This document shows positions 10,587 through 20,797 of a DNA stretch of 64,000 nucleotides, piece after piece. Numbering within the stretch: position 1 is the stretch's first letter; each line of letters begins with the position of its first letter. Position numbers and translations under genes: made by a program. The stretch covers positions 32,001-96,000 of the forward strand of contig CBFGKC010000010.1 in assembly GCA_965649265.1 (NCBI GenBank), read 5' to 3'. The stretch comes from a candidate division WOR-3 bacterium. Lineage in GTDB: Bacteria; Hydrothermota; Tepidihabitantia; B3-TA06. The notes below the pieces were generated by a model that did not search any database, was not told the origin of the DNA, and was given only the letters and a program-made list of their open reading frames with translations.

Positions 10587-11245
10587 CTGTATACCACCGC
10601 AACAACGAGTAATGCGACGCTAATGGGAAAAAGTACAAAACCCGGTCTTTTGCCGGTGATTTGAACAGGATGAGTTGTTATTGAACGCGACTCATCAAAA
10701 ACCCGCGCAACCGAACGAGGTACGTCGGCCCATCGTTTAACCCTGGACAGGGAATCCAGAAAGAAGGGAACCGAAAGTAATGACAGCGCAAGAATCTCCC
10801 CGACAACCGGCTTGTGGAATATTTTGTCCGAGATCCTGGCAAGCCCCCACACAAGCTCATCGTGAGTGCAGATGTGGACGAGCAGAAAGGAAAAGAACAA
10901 AGCCAGCGCCAGACGACCTCCTACAATTAACGCCTTCCAAAGTACATCGAGATTTTGACTGGAAACGAAAAGCGCAGGATCGACCAGTGATTTGAAGCCG
11001 TGCGGGAGATAAAGAATCCAATTAAAAAAAACACTAAGCACTATAATAGGCAGCGAAAGCTTCATGTATCGGCTCCAGAACGGCAATCCGGTTCTTCCGA
11101 AAAGAGAGGATACAACCAAAAGGACTGCTGCGGCACAGAATTCCTCCATGCGATTCAGAAAAGGCACGGCAGCAATAAACACAACAGTCAGAACTATGAG
11201 CATTGCCGGAGAAACTCTTGAAAGCAACGAACGTCTATCTCCCAT
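10583..11245 (-). CDS. Divergent EcfT/CbiQ-like membrane protein
   Basis: Five or six hydrophobic segments, CTHDELVWGL motif, directly upstream of truA. Confidence 0.55.
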   Translation of the reverse strand: MGDRRSLLSRVSPAMLIVLTVVFIAAVPFLNRMEEFCAAAVLLVVSSLFGRTGLPFWSRYMKLSLPIIVLSVFFNWILYLPHGFKSLVDPALFVSSQNLDVLWKALIVGGRLALALFFSFLLVHICTHDELVWGLARISDKIFHKPVVGEILALSLLSVPFFLDSLSRVKRWADVPRSVARVFDESRSITTHPVQITGKRPGFVLFPISVALLVVAVVYR

Positions 11246-11274
11246 GGGCTAGAATAAATAATTCCCAAGTGTTG

Positions 11275-12033
11275 TCAAGATTTCTGATCATACTCCGATC
11301 GACTAAGAATGATCCCCCAGTTCCTGCCCTTTTCAGGCTCACGTCTGTGGGAATAAAAGCGCTTGGTTTCACAATGAGTACAGAGATTCAGCGAACATAT
11401 CTCCGTCGCACCTATAGAGTTCAAAAGGAATCTGTTTGCAGCCCGCAAATCAAGAAAAAGGCCGTGACGATTTTTTTCAAAAAAAACAAGTGCCTCCGGC
11501 CAAAGACTCCTGAAATCGTCCATAACATCGTTTTGAACCTTATAGCACCTGCCCCCTATCGAGGGACCAAGCGAATAATTCAACTCGCCTGGTTTGATTC
11601 CCATCTCTTTCTCAACCTTCTCGGCAAATCTCAATACAATCTTTGCAAGCGTCCCCCGCCAGCCGGCATGAACTACTCCCGTCAACGAACCTTTCTTGCT
11701 CCATAAGAAAACCGGTACGCAGTCGGCAACCCTTACAATCAAAGCGATATTCCGGCTCGTTGTAAAACATCCATCAGCCTCGAGTTCACATGGACGTTCC
11801 ACCCGCAATATCTTGTCGGAATGGGTCTGTTTCATGGTAACGAGAGAGTCTGATAATTTCAACGCGTTTATCTGATCTGCAACGGACAGGTTGTGATCAT
11901 CTTCAAAGTCAGTTTTGCGCCTTGTGGTGAAGTAAATCTCTATGTTCTTGAAAGGGTTTATCGTGTAAAATCTCAAGCCCCCACGTTCAAAAATCGTCCA
12001 CGTATTATTTGGAGTTGAAGGAGATTCATTCAT
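11275..12033 (-). CDS. pgeF: Peptidoglycan editing factor / purine nucleoside phosphorylase (YfiH)
   Basis: QTHS, ADG, VADCVPV, HAGWRG, GPSI, FYSHRR. Confidence 0.93.
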   Translation of the reverse strand: MNESPSTPNNTWTIFERGGLRFYTINPFKNIEIYFTTRRKTDFEDDHNLSVADQINALKLSDSLVTMKQTHSDKILRVERPCELEADGCFTTSRNIALIVRVADCVPVFLWSKKGSLTGVVHAGWRGTLAKIVLRFAEKVEKEMGIKPGELNYSLGPSIGGRCYKVQNDVMDDFRSLWPEALVFFEKNRHGLFLDLRAANRFLLNSIGATEICSLNLCTHCETKRFYSHRREPEKGRNWGIILSRSEYDQKS

Positions 12034-13766
12034 TGTGACTCCGGTGTTTTGACTAACTTGATATCTCGAGCGACAAGCTTCAGCATCTTTTTGCCCCAGT
12101 AATTGTCTTCGTTTATCCTGTACACAATGTCCAGAGCGTCTTTTAAACCCGACTCCAGAGAAAGAACGAGTTCGGCTCCACCGAATGCCATCACCGGCAT
12201 TATTGTTTCTCCCTTGCGAACGGTAAAAGTCAGGTGATCCTTGCCGAATACCCTGGGGGTACCCACAACCTCAAGCCCCCTGGTAGCGAAACAAGGCTCC
12301 GGGTTACCCACCCCATAAGGTTTGAAAACCTCCAATGCGTCTTTAAGCTCACCTGCAAGCTCATTCAATTCAACAAAGGCATCAAGACGAAGCTTCGGCT
12401 CAAACAAGTCTTGAGGATAGGAAAGCGCACATTCATTTATGGCGCCGGTAAAGGATTTCAACTCGTTCCTTTCCATTACAAGCCCGGCTGCGGCGGCATG
12501 CCCGCCGAAACTCTCGAGATGACTGCGAACGGAAAAGAGGGCATCGTGCAGGTTAAAACCGGGTATGCTTCTGCCCGAACCCTTTAATTTTCCATCCTTA
12601 TCGGCAAAAAGAATAACCGGCCTGTAATAGTCGTCTACAAGACGCGAGGCAACTATCCCTATGACACCCTCATGCCAGCCGGACCGGTGCAGTACAAGCA
12701 CTCTCGGGTTTCTTTCCATTATTTCACGTTCGGCAAGAATTCTTGCAGTTTCGAGAATTGCGCTCTCGGTTTCTTTCCTTACGGTATTGTGTTTATCCAG
12801 TTCCAGGGCAAGGATTCCAGCTTCCTCCTCATCGCGAGTAATTAAAAGCTTCAAGGCAGAAAGGGCATCGGACATTCTGCCCGATGCGTTCAGCCTCGGC
12901 GCGAGAGCGAAAGCAACGTTCTGGGAAGTCACTGTTTTTCCTTTAAGATTGGAGATATCGAGAAGCGCCTTGATGCCCGGATTGATTGCTTGCGTGATTT
13001 TTCCGAGGCCAAATCGAGCAAAAACCCGGTTTTCGCCGATCAACGGTGCTACGTCCGCGATCGTGCCGAGCGCCACAAGATCCAAGTCCTCATAGACGAG
13101 ATCGAGAGAGCCTTTCAGAGAGGTCGTCAAAGCCGCAAGGAGCTTGAAAGCGACTCCTACACCGGCGAGTTCACTGAACGGATACTTCGAATCCGCTCTT
13201 TTGGGATCAATAACCGCGAGGGCTTCGGGCAGTTGTTCACCGGGTTCGTGGTGATCGGTCACGATCAGGTCTATGCCGGCTCTTAAAGCAAGCTGTGCTT
13301 CTTCAATAGCGGTGACGCCGCAGTCCACGGTCAGTATGAGCGAGGCGTTTATCCTTTTGGCCTCTTCAATAGCCCTTGCGGAAAGACCGTATCCCTCCTC
13401 GATGCGGCGAGGTAGATAATACTCGGCGCCGATGCCGATTCGTTCGAAACCCTTTATCAGAAGTGCGGTTGCGGAAACCCCGTCCACATCGTAATCGCCG
13501 TGAATCAATACCTTCTCCCCTCTCTCCTTCGCCTTCACTAATCTCTCGACCGCGGGCTTCATTCCTTCAAGCAGGAAGGGGTCGTGAAGATGGTCCAGGG
13601 ATGGGTTCCGGAATCGCTCCACGGATATAATGTCACGGTATCCGCGCCTGTACAAAACGAGCGCGGCAAGAAAAGGAAGCCTGGCCTCGGACGAGAGTCT
13701 GGAAATGGCGTCCTCATCCACAGGTTCCAGAATCCATAAAGGTTTTTTTAATTCTATTCGGGTCAT
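12030..13766 (-). CDS. recJ: ssDNA-specific exonuclease RecJ
   Basis: GDYDVDG, TVDCG, TDHH, PRLNASGR, GGHAAAAG. Confidence 0.97.
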   Translation of the reverse strand: MTRIELKKPLWILEPVDEDAISRLSSEARLPFLAALVLYRRGYRDIISVERFRNPSLDHLHDPFLLEGMKPAVERLVKAKERGEKVLIHGDYDVDGVSATALLIKGFERIGIGAEYYLPRRIEEGYGLSARAIEEAKRINASLILTVDCGVTAIEEAQLALRAGIDLIVTDHHEPGEQLPEALAVIDPKRADSKYPFSELAGVGVAFKLLAALTTSLKGSLDLVYEDLDLVALGTIADVAPLIGENRVFARFGLGKITQAINPGIKALLDISNLKGKTVTSQNVAFALAPRLNASGRMSDALSALKLLITRDEEEAGILALELDKHNTVRKETESAILETARILAEREIMERNPRVLVLHRSGWHEGVIGIVASRLVDDYYRPVILFADKDGKLKGSGRSIPGFNLHDALFSVRSHLESFGGHAAAAGLVMERNELKSFTGAINECALSYPQDLFEPKLRLDAFVELNELAGELKDALEVFKPYGVGNPEPCFATRGLEVVGTPRVFGKDHLTFTVRKGETIMPVMAFGGAELVLSLESGLKDALDIVYRINEDNYWGKKMLKLVARDIKLVKTPESQ

Positions 13767-13775
13767 CCTGGATGA

Positions 13776-14630
13776 TTACTTTTTTATAGACATTATGTCG
13801 AGTGATATGTCAAGGGCAGGCGCGGAATGCGTCAAAGCGCCTATCGAAATGAAATCGACCCCGGTCTCTGCAATTGATTTCACACTGCGAAGATTAACAC
13901 CTCCCGACGCTTCCAACTCCACCCGTCCCGAAGCCATTTTCACCGCCCTCCGCATCTGAGCCAGGGTCATGTTGTCCAGCATTATCCTGTCGACCCCGGC
14001 TACACCGAGCGCTTCACTCACGTCTTCGAGGCTCTTGCATTCGACTTCGACCTTCAGACCGGGATTCGACCGCACGGTTGCTTCGACGGCGCTTGTTATC
14101 GAGCCACAGGCGGCCTCGTGGTTGTCCTTGATGAGAATCATGTCGTAAAGACCCATCCGGTGATTTACCCCTCCCCCCATGCGAACCGCATACTTTTCCA
14201 GTATCCTGAGACCCGGCGTCGTCTTGCGGGTATCCGTTATGACAGCCTTAGTTCCCTTTACCGCCTCGACGAATCTGGTGGCAAGGGTCGCGATACCGGA
14301 GAGTCTTTGCAGAAAGTTGAGGGCCGTGCGCTCAGCGGTCAATATCCCTCTAGTGGGACCCGACAAGTAAGCGATCACGCGGCCAGCCTTGATCTTGTCC
14401 CCGTCATCGGCCTCGAATTTTACTACGATCTCTGAATTCACCTGGTGAAACACCTCTACTGCGACATCTGAGCCCGCAAGAACGCCGTCCTGCTTGCAAA
14501 GGATTACGGCCTCCGACTTTGAAGACGAAGGTATCGTGGCCTTTGTCGTGACGTCGCCCGGACCAACGTCCTCGGAAAGCGCTCTTTTAACAATCTCGCC
14601 GATTGTCCGACTGAAACTCGCATCCGTCAT
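13776..14630 (-). CDS. nadC: Quinolinate phosphoribosyltransferase
   Basis: DTRKTTPG, NHRMGLYD, IKDNH, MLDN, EASGG. Confidence 0.97.
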   Translation of the reverse strand: MTDASFSRTIGEIVKRALSEDVGPGDVTTKATIPSSSKSEAVILCKQDGVLAGSDVAVEVFHQVNSEIVVKFEADDGDKIKAGRVIAYLSGPTRGILTAERTALNFLQRLSGIATLATRFVEAVKGTKAVITDTRKTTPGLRILEKYAVRMGGGVNHRMGLYDMILIKDNHEAACGSITSAVEATVRSNPGLKVEVECKSLEDVSEALGVAGVDRIMLDNMTLAQMRRAVKMASGRVELEASGGVNLRSVKSIAETGVDFISIGALTHSAPALDISLDIMSIKK

Positions 14631-14710
14631 TGAGTTATTTTAGGCCGATAAAACACCAGGTCAACTGCCTTAAGGTTGACGAACCGCCGTATGCCGCTAT
14701 ACTCGAACAG
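14631..14710. promoter_or_regulatory. Back-to-back divergent leaderless promoters (nadC and hicBA-uvrB)
   Basis: Minus: TTGACC-16-TAAAAT-6-ATG(14630). Plus: TTGACG(14676)-16-TATACT(14698)-7-ATG(14711). Confidence 0.75.
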
Positions 14711-14935
14711 ATGAAACGCTTTAAAGTGATACTGCGACCCGAGCCTGAAGGCGGCTATACCTTTCTTGTCCCCTCCCTCCCTGGATGCATAAGCTACGGC
14801 GAAAGCCTGGAGGAAGCGCGCAGAAACGGCAAGGAAGCCGCAAAGGCATATCTAGCATGCCTTAAGGAACATAACGAGTGCTGCAAGGATGACTCAGATT
14901 GCCTATTTGAGGAGATTGAGGTCGAGGATGAGTGA
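14711..14935 (+). CDS. hicB: HicB-family antitoxin (short, no DNA-binding tail)
   Basis: EPEGGYTFLVPSLPGCISYGESLEEA motif, 74 aa. Confidence 0.9.
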   Translation: MKRFKVILRPEPEGGYTFLVPSLPGCISYGESLEEARRNGKEAAKAYLACLKEHNECCKDDSDCLFEEIEVEDE

Positions 14936-15158
14936 CATACCGGTCATGAAGCCTTCGGAGATCATGGACATTCTCAGGAAGGCGGGCTTTCACGTTGACC
15001 ATCAATCCGGCAGCCACGTAGTTTTTCACAACGACAAGACCGGCGCGCGAGTAGTGGTTCCTTTTCATCACAAGGACCTTCCGAAAGGGACCCTGATGGC
15101 TATCCTGAGAGCTTCGGGCATCTCGAGAAACTTTATGACGGAGCTTCTTTATGCCTGA
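14928..15158 (+). CDS. hicA: HicA-family mRNA interferase toxin
   Basis: LRKAGF...QSGSH (catalytic His)...VVVPFH.KDLPKGTL..IL. Confidence 0.92.
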   Translation: MSDIPVMKPSEIMDILRKAGFHVDHQSGSHVVFHNDKTGARVVVPFHHKDLPKGTLMAILRASGISRNFMTELLYA

Positions 15159-17163
15159 GTTCCAGCTGATCTCGGACATGACGCCTAAAGGCGATCAGCC
15201 CGGGGCGATCAAGGAACTCGTGGAGGGACTGAGGAAGGGTGATAAACACCAGACCCTTCTGGGAGTGACCGGATCGGGTAAAACCTTCGTCATGGCCAAC
15301 GTGATAGCCCAGGTTCAGAGGCCCACGCTCGTCATGAGTCCTAATAAGACACTTGCCGCGCAGCTTTACGGCGAGTACAGGCAGTTCTTTCCGAATAACG
15401 CGGTCGAGTATTTCATCTCGTATTACGATTACTACCAGCCCGAGGCCTACGTCCCGGAGTACGATCTTTATATCGAGAAGGAAGCCGACATCAACGAGGA
15501 GATCGAGCGCCTTCGGCTCCGGACGACGGCATCTTTACTCGAACGCAAGGACGTTATAATCGTCGCGTCGGTCTCGTGCATATATAACATCGGCGAACCG
15601 GCGGAATTCAAGGACAGGGTCAAGCTCATCAAGAGGGGCGAGATGATGGACAGGGATAACCTGCTCTCCGACCTGGTAAGGGAGCAGTACTCGCGAAACG
15701 ATTACGAACTCAAGCGCTCTTCCTTCAGGGTAAAGGGCGATGTGGTGGAGGTCTGGCCCGCGCACGAGGACATCGCATTAAGGATCGAGTTCTTCGGCGA
15801 CGAGGTGACTTCTTTAAGACGATTTGAGCCTGTATCGGGCAAGACGAAGGATGAACCCGAGGCCGTGATGATCTTCCCGGCCCGCCACTTCATGGTCTCG
15901 GAGGTTACCCTCAAAGATGCACTAAAGGGCATCCACGACGAGATGATCGAAAGGGTAGCCGAACTTGAAAAAGAAGGCAAGCTTCTGGAGGCGCAGAGGC
16001 TTAAGACGCGAACAAAATACGACATAGAGATGCTTCGCGAGGTCGGCTACTGCCCCGGAATCGAGAACTATTCAAGACACCTGTCTGCGAGACCTGCAGG
16101 TACGCGTCCGTGGTGCCTTCTGGACTACTTTCCAAGGGATTTCGTAACTATCATCGACGAGTCTCACGTCGCCGTGCCCCAGATTGACGGCATGTACAAG
16201 GGCGACCGCTTCCGCAAGGAAAACCTGGTCACGCACGGATTCCGCCTGCCCTCGGCGCTCGATAACAGACCACTGAAGTTTACCGAGTTCGAGGAACTCG
16301 TCGGCCAGCGAATATACACATCCGCGACGCCGGGCGAATACGAACTCCTGAATTCGCAAAAGAGGGTAATCGAACTCGTCGTGAGACCGACCGGACTCGT
16401 TGACCCGCCCATGGTCATAAGACCGACCGCCAACCAGGTAGACGATCTTATCGAGGAGATACGCACGAGGGTCGAGCGCAGGGAAAGAACACTGGTCACG
16501 ACACTTACGAAGAGAATGGCCGAGGATCTCGCAACCTATCTCGCCGAGATGGGCCTGAAGGTCCATTATATGCATTCGGAGATAAACGCCCTCGAGCGAG
16601 TGGACCTTTTGAGGGGACTGAGGTTAGGCGATTTCGACGTGCTCGTGGGGATAAATTTGCTGAGGGAGGGGCTCGATCTGCCCGAAGTTTCGTTAGTTGC
16701 GGTTCTGGACGCCGATAAGGAGGGCTTTTTGCGTGACGCGCGATCTTTAATCCAGACCTCAGGCCGCGCCGCAAGGAACGTTAACGGCCTCGTGATTCTT
16801 TATGCGGATAAGGTAACTAAGTCCATGAAAGCCGCGATCGACGAGGCAGAACGTCGAAGAAAAAAACAGGTGAAGCACAACGAGGAACACGGTATCACGC
16901 CCCAGACCATCATCAAGTCGATAGAACAGGTCATTGCAACAACCGGTGTTGCGGACGGAAAGAAACAGGTCGATGTGGATCTCGGGCACGAGCCGAAGGA
17001 TGAGGAGGACAGGGTGGCGATGATTTCCGAACTTCAAGGTCTGATGAAGGAGGCGGTCGAGAAGCTCGATTTCGAGTCCGCAGCCCTTTACCGCGACCGT
17101 ATAACCGAACTCAAGCTGAAGATAGACAAGGAGATTTTGAAAAGGGTCCGGGGTAAGAAATAA
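15151..17163 (+). CDS. uvrB: Excinuclease ABC subunit B
   Basis: GVTGSGKT, YYDYYQPEAY, DESH, GINLLREGLD, C-terminal FE.AA.YRD. Confidence 0.98.
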   Translation: MPEFQLISDMTPKGDQPGAIKELVEGLRKGDKHQTLLGVTGSGKTFVMANVIAQVQRPTLVMSPNKTLAAQLYGEYRQFFPNNAVEYFISYYDYYQPEAYVPEYDLYIEKEADINEEIERLRLRTTASLLERKDVIIVASVSCIYNIGEPAEFKDRVKLIKRGEMMDRDNLLSDLVREQYSRNDYELKRSSFRVKGDVVEVWPAHEDIALRIEFFGDEVTSLRRFEPVSGKTKDEPEAVMIFPARHFMVSEVTLKDALKGIHDEMIERVAELEKEGKLLEAQRLKTRTKYDIEMLREVGYCPGIENYSRHLSARPAGTRPWCLLDYFPRDFVTIIDESHVAVPQIDGMYKGDRFRKENLVTHGFRLPSALDNRPLKFTEFEELVGQRIYTSATPGEYELLNSQKRVIELVVRPTGLVDPPMVIRPTANQVDDLIEEIRTRVERRERTLVTTLTKRMAEDLATYLAEMGLKVHYMHSEINALERVDLLRGLRLGDFDVLVGINLLREGLDLPEVSLVAVLDADKEGFLRDARSLIQTSGRAARNVNGLVILYADKVTKSMKAAIDEAERRRKKQVKHNEEHGITPQTIIKSIEQVIATTGVADGKKQVDVDLGHEPKDEEDRVAMISELQGLMKEAVEKLDFESAALYRDRITELKLKIDKEILKRVRGKK

Positions 17164-17360
17164 TTTTCAATAAAAACATCCAAAATCGAAATCATTGATA
17201 AAGAATTCAACGGCACCAATGCAACGCATTCACGATCTTTAACCTCACTTGTTTATGCGTCAACTTTTCGATTGTGAAGAAATTGTTTTTTTCTAAATCA
17301 AGCTTGACCCTTAGTTTTTTTTGCATAAACTTTCTTTCAAAATCCGCCAAGGAGGCAGCG

Positions 17361-19682
17361 ATGTTCAAAAAAATGTTTTTCATTATAGGGTGTTTAACCC
17401 TGCTCATCCCATTTGTATTAGGCGCACAAGTGTGGGAGCATGAACAGAGATTGACCAATGAACCGTCGGCATCTTACACAGGCTCCAACAACGCCTGGGG
17501 CGTTGCGGCATCGGGCGATACCGTACACGTCGTATTCTACGACTACCGCGACGGCGACAACGAAATATTCTACAAGCGCTCATTTAATTGCGGCGCCACG
17601 TGGAGCCCGGACACCCAGCTCACCAGCGCGGACAGAACGTCTGAGAGACCGTCGGTAGCTGTAAAAGGGCCGAACGTTCATATCGTGTGGCTTGATAACC
17701 GCGACTATAATTTTGATATATATTACAAGCGTTCCACAAGCGCGGGCGCAAGCTGGGGACCGGATACAAGACTGACAACCCATGACAGCATCTCGGCATA
17801 TCCTTCGATGGCCGTACAGGATACCATACTCCATGTTGTGTGGTTCGACGACCGCGACTCCAGCTATGAAATATACTACAAGCGCTCCCTTAACAACGGG
17901 ACGACATGGGGCTCCGATATAAGACTGACCGCAGATGACAACGACACATCGAATTTTGCCAGTGTAGCGGCACAGGGAACGAACGTCCACGTCGTATGGT
18001 TCGATACCCGTGACGGAAACAGCGAGATATATTATAAGCGCTCGGCAAATAACGGGACAGACTGGAGCGTGGATACGAGGCTCACCACCGACAACGCCGT
18101 ATCCCAATTCCCTTCGATAGCCGCGGAAGGCTCAAGCGTTCATGTCGTCTGGCAGGACAATCGCGACGGCAACCGTGAGATATACTACAAGCGCTCCCTC
18201 GACGGTGGCACAACGTGGGGACAAGACGTAAGATTGACCAATGCCGCACAGGAATCGGTTTATCCTTCAATAGCAGTACGAGACTCTAACGTTTATATCG
18301 TCTGGAAGGATCAGCGTGACGGCAACGAGGAGATATACTACAAATGTTCGACCGACAACGGGACAACGTGGCGTTCTGACACCAACCTTACCAGCGATGC
18401 AGGTAGTTCGAAATCCTCCTCGATAGCGGCAGATGGCCCGAACGTCCACGTAATCTGGCAGGACAATCGCGACGGGAACCCTGAGATATACTACAAGCTT
18501 GGCGGCCTGATGCAGCCCGACAACATGGTCAAGAACTCGTATGAGTCTACCTATACTGGCGACGGGGTATACAATGAGGATGGATCAGACCAGACTAGCA
18601 TCCAGACCGTTAGCGCGGGCGATACAGCCGTCTACCACATAAGGATAGAAAACGACGGAGGTTTGGTAGATACGATAACGGTTACAGGCGACACCGGCGC
18701 AGACGGCTGGGAGGTCAAATACTACGATGCCTTGACCGCCGGGGCTGAAATCACGTCGGACATCACAGGTGCAGGCTGGTCCACCGGCGAACTAAACCCC
18801 GGGGAGTACATGGAGATAAGAGTAGAAGTTATTACGGACGACAGCCTACCGGGCGATTCAACATACGATGTGCTGATTACTTCAAAATCGGACCGCGATA
18901 CAACAAAGCTCGATGCGGTTCTGACCCGGACAGTCATCCAGTCGGGCTTTCAACCGGACAACCAGATAAAAAACATGGAGGAAACAACTTACATCGGCGA
19001 CGGCGTATATAATCTGGACGGTACAGACCAGACGAAGTCACAAACTGCCGGGGCCGGCGATACCGTGGTCTACCACATAAAGATAGAAAACGACGGCAAC
19101 CTCCCGGATACATTCATCCTAGTGGGAACTGCCGGTAACGCAGGCTGGACGATTCGCTACTTCAATACCCTGACTGCCGGGACCGAGATAACGTCCGACA
19201 TCACAGGCTCGGGCTGGAACAGCGGCGAACTCGATCCTGAGGACACGACCGATATAAGGGTAGAGGTTACCTCCCCCTCCTCTGCGACAACAGGCACTTC
19301 CTATGACGTACTGCTAACGACGACATCCGCTTCCGACAATACACGCAAGGACGCGGTCAAGGCTACGTCAACAGTAGGAACCAGTAATGTGGAAGAAAAG
19401 ATTGAGCCGTTCATCAATTCGTTAAACGTGCATCCCCTTTCGGATGTCAAGATAACAGTCTCCTGCACCCTTGCCGAAATGGGAACTATTGAGCTTTCCG
19501 TATACGATGCATCCGGACGACTGGTCAAGACCCTCGCAACGGGCAATGAGAACCAGGGCAGGCACGAGTATATATGGAACGGACTTGATGATTCAGGAAA
19601 GAAGGTCGCGAATGGTGTCTACTTTATACACCTGTCAGCTGAGAAAGAAGTGTTAAAAGGGCGAATCACGATAGTTAAATAA
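17361..19682 (+). CDS. Secreted 7-repeat BNR/Asp-box propeller with two Ig-like repeats and FlgD/T9SS C-terminal domain
   Basis: SD GGAGG then ATG 17361; seven VHVVWxDxRDGNxEIYYKRSxxxGxTW-like units; two QPDN...GDGVYN modules; YDASGRLV...WNG...GVYF. Confidence 0.88.
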   Translation: MFKKMFFIIGCLTLLIPFVLGAQVWEHEQRLTNEPSASYTGSNNAWGVAASGDTVHVVFYDYRDGDNEIFYKRSFNCGATWSPDTQLTSADRTSERPSVAVKGPNVHIVWLDNRDYNFDIYYKRSTSAGASWGPDTRLTTHDSISAYPSMAVQDTILHVVWFDDRDSSYEIYYKRSLNNGTTWGSDIRLTADDNDTSNFASVAAQGTNVHVVWFDTRDGNSEIYYKRSANNGTDWSVDTRLTTDNAVSQFPSIAAEGSSVHVVWQDNRDGNREIYYKRSLDGGTTWGQDVRLTNAAQESVYPSIAVRDSNVYIVWKDQRDGNEEIYYKCSTDNGTTWRSDTNLTSDAGSSKSSSIAADGPNVHVIWQDNRDGNPEIYYKLGGLMQPDNMVKNSYESTYTGDGVYNEDGSDQTSIQTVSAGDTAVYHIRIENDGGLVDTITVTGDTGADGWEVKYYDALTAGAEITSDITGAGWSTGELNPGEYMEIRVEVITDDSLPGDSTYDVLITSKSDRDTTKLDAVLTRTVIQSGFQPDNQIKNMEETTYIGDGVYNLDGTDQTKSQTAGAGDTVVYHIKIENDGNLPDTFILVGTAGNAGWTIRYFNTLTAGTEITSDITGSGWNSGELDPEDTTDIRVEVTSPSSATTGTSYDVLLTTTSASDNTRKDAVKATSTVGTSNVEEKIEPFINSLNVHPLSDVKITVSCTLAEMGTIELSVYDASGRLVKTLATGNENQGRHEYIWNGLDDSGKKVANGVYFIHLSAEKEVLKGRITIVK

Positions 19683-19796
19683 ATAAAAAAACGGAGAAGA
19701 GACAAAACTGTTCCTTAAATGCATCGATGTGACCGGCCGATGGACGTTCTCTTTTGACTTGACAATACGCGGAATTCGTGTTATTCTTATATCTTC

Positions 19797-20369
19797 TTGG
19801 AGGAAGCGATCGCAAGTACACGTGGAAATTCTTTTAAAACTATCAACAACTGGGTACAAAAACAGATATCGGAAGAGGAATACGAGGTTTTCCTTGCCAG
19901 GATGCAGCCCGATGTGGCGCATTCGTTATCACGGGCCGAATCACGATTGTGGTACCCCCTGGAACATCTTACGGCGATATACGAACACATCGTCAGTAAT
20001 ATAGGCAAGGGCGATTCGTCGGTGTTGTCAGGTTTGGGTAGCTATCTTGCTGATATTGACCTGGGCGGGGTTTTGAGGCCTCTTGTTGCTTTTGTTTCCG
20101 TCCCGAGCGCAATCCGCCGCACCCCCCACCTTTGGCCAAGGTACGATGATTCAGGCGATTTCCGGGTCATATCGCTTGACGAGCATAACAAGCAAGCTCT
20201 GCTTGAACTAGCCGATTACGAAGGCGGTGACTTGCACTGCGTGATAATAAACGCCTGGCTCAAACGCGGATGCGAGATACTCGGCGGCAAGAACGTATCA
20301 GTCAAGGAAACACAATGCCGCTGGGAGGACGGCGGCAAAGTCTGCCGCTGGGAATTAAAGTGGCACTAA
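19797..20369 (+). CDS. Hypothetical protein, H-NOX/V4R-like (DUF2378/TIGR02265-like)
   Basis: WYP motif, W.RY.DSG, C-terminal C...C......C.W...W; start codon uncertain. Confidence 0.65.
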   Translation: MEEAIASTRGNSFKTINNWVQKQISEEEYEVFLARMQPDVAHSLSRAESRLWYPLEHLTAIYEHIVSNIGKGDSSVLSGLGSYLADIDLGGVLRPLVAFVSVPSAIRRTPHLWPRYDDSGDFRVISLDEHNKQALLELADYEGGDLHCVIINAWLKRGCEILGGKNVSVKETQCRWEDGGKVCRWELKWH

Positions 20370-20410
20370 GACCCTGTCGGTAGGATTCTTAAGAACTGAT
20401 CTCTGTGATG

Positions 20411-20755
20411 TCAATCCTTCTTGTGCGGAATTAAACACAAGAACCGCAACAAATCTTTACCCGTGTTTCGGAACTGGTGTAGTTCATCTGGAGGAATAAA
20501 AACGACCGTTCCCGGGCGAAGGATTCTTTCCTCATCTCCACCCCTGACCTTGCCTTCTCCACTAATCACATAGACCTCGTGTTCCCAAGGATGCCGGTGA
20601 AGAGGTGTACATCCTTCAATATCCAGTTGGAGTTCACGCATAGCGAAGGTCGACGCACCTTCCTCCTTTGTAACAAGCCACCTGATACTGGCACCCTGAG
20701 CACCACTTTCTTCAACTTTACTTTGTGAGACCTCTTCGATTTTTTTTGCAATCAT
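20411..20755 (-). CDS. Cupin domain protein
   Basis: TPLHRHPWEHEVYV..G.G...PPDELHQFRN. Confidence 0.92.
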   Translation of the reverse strand: MIAKKIEEVSQSKVEESGAQGASIRWLVTKEEGASTFAMRELQLDIEGCTPLHRHPWEHEVYVISGEGKVRGGDEERILRPGTVVFIPPDELHQFRNTGKDLLRFLCLIPHKKD

Positions 20756-20797
20756 ATCTTCTCCTTTAGGAAGAGAATAGTTGTCGCCAGTTTTTTG

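Noticed and set aside
17480-19380. Diversity-generating retroelement template/variable repeats
   Set aside because: The repeats are in-frame domain duplications whose differences are not limited to adenines, and there is no reverse transcriptase.
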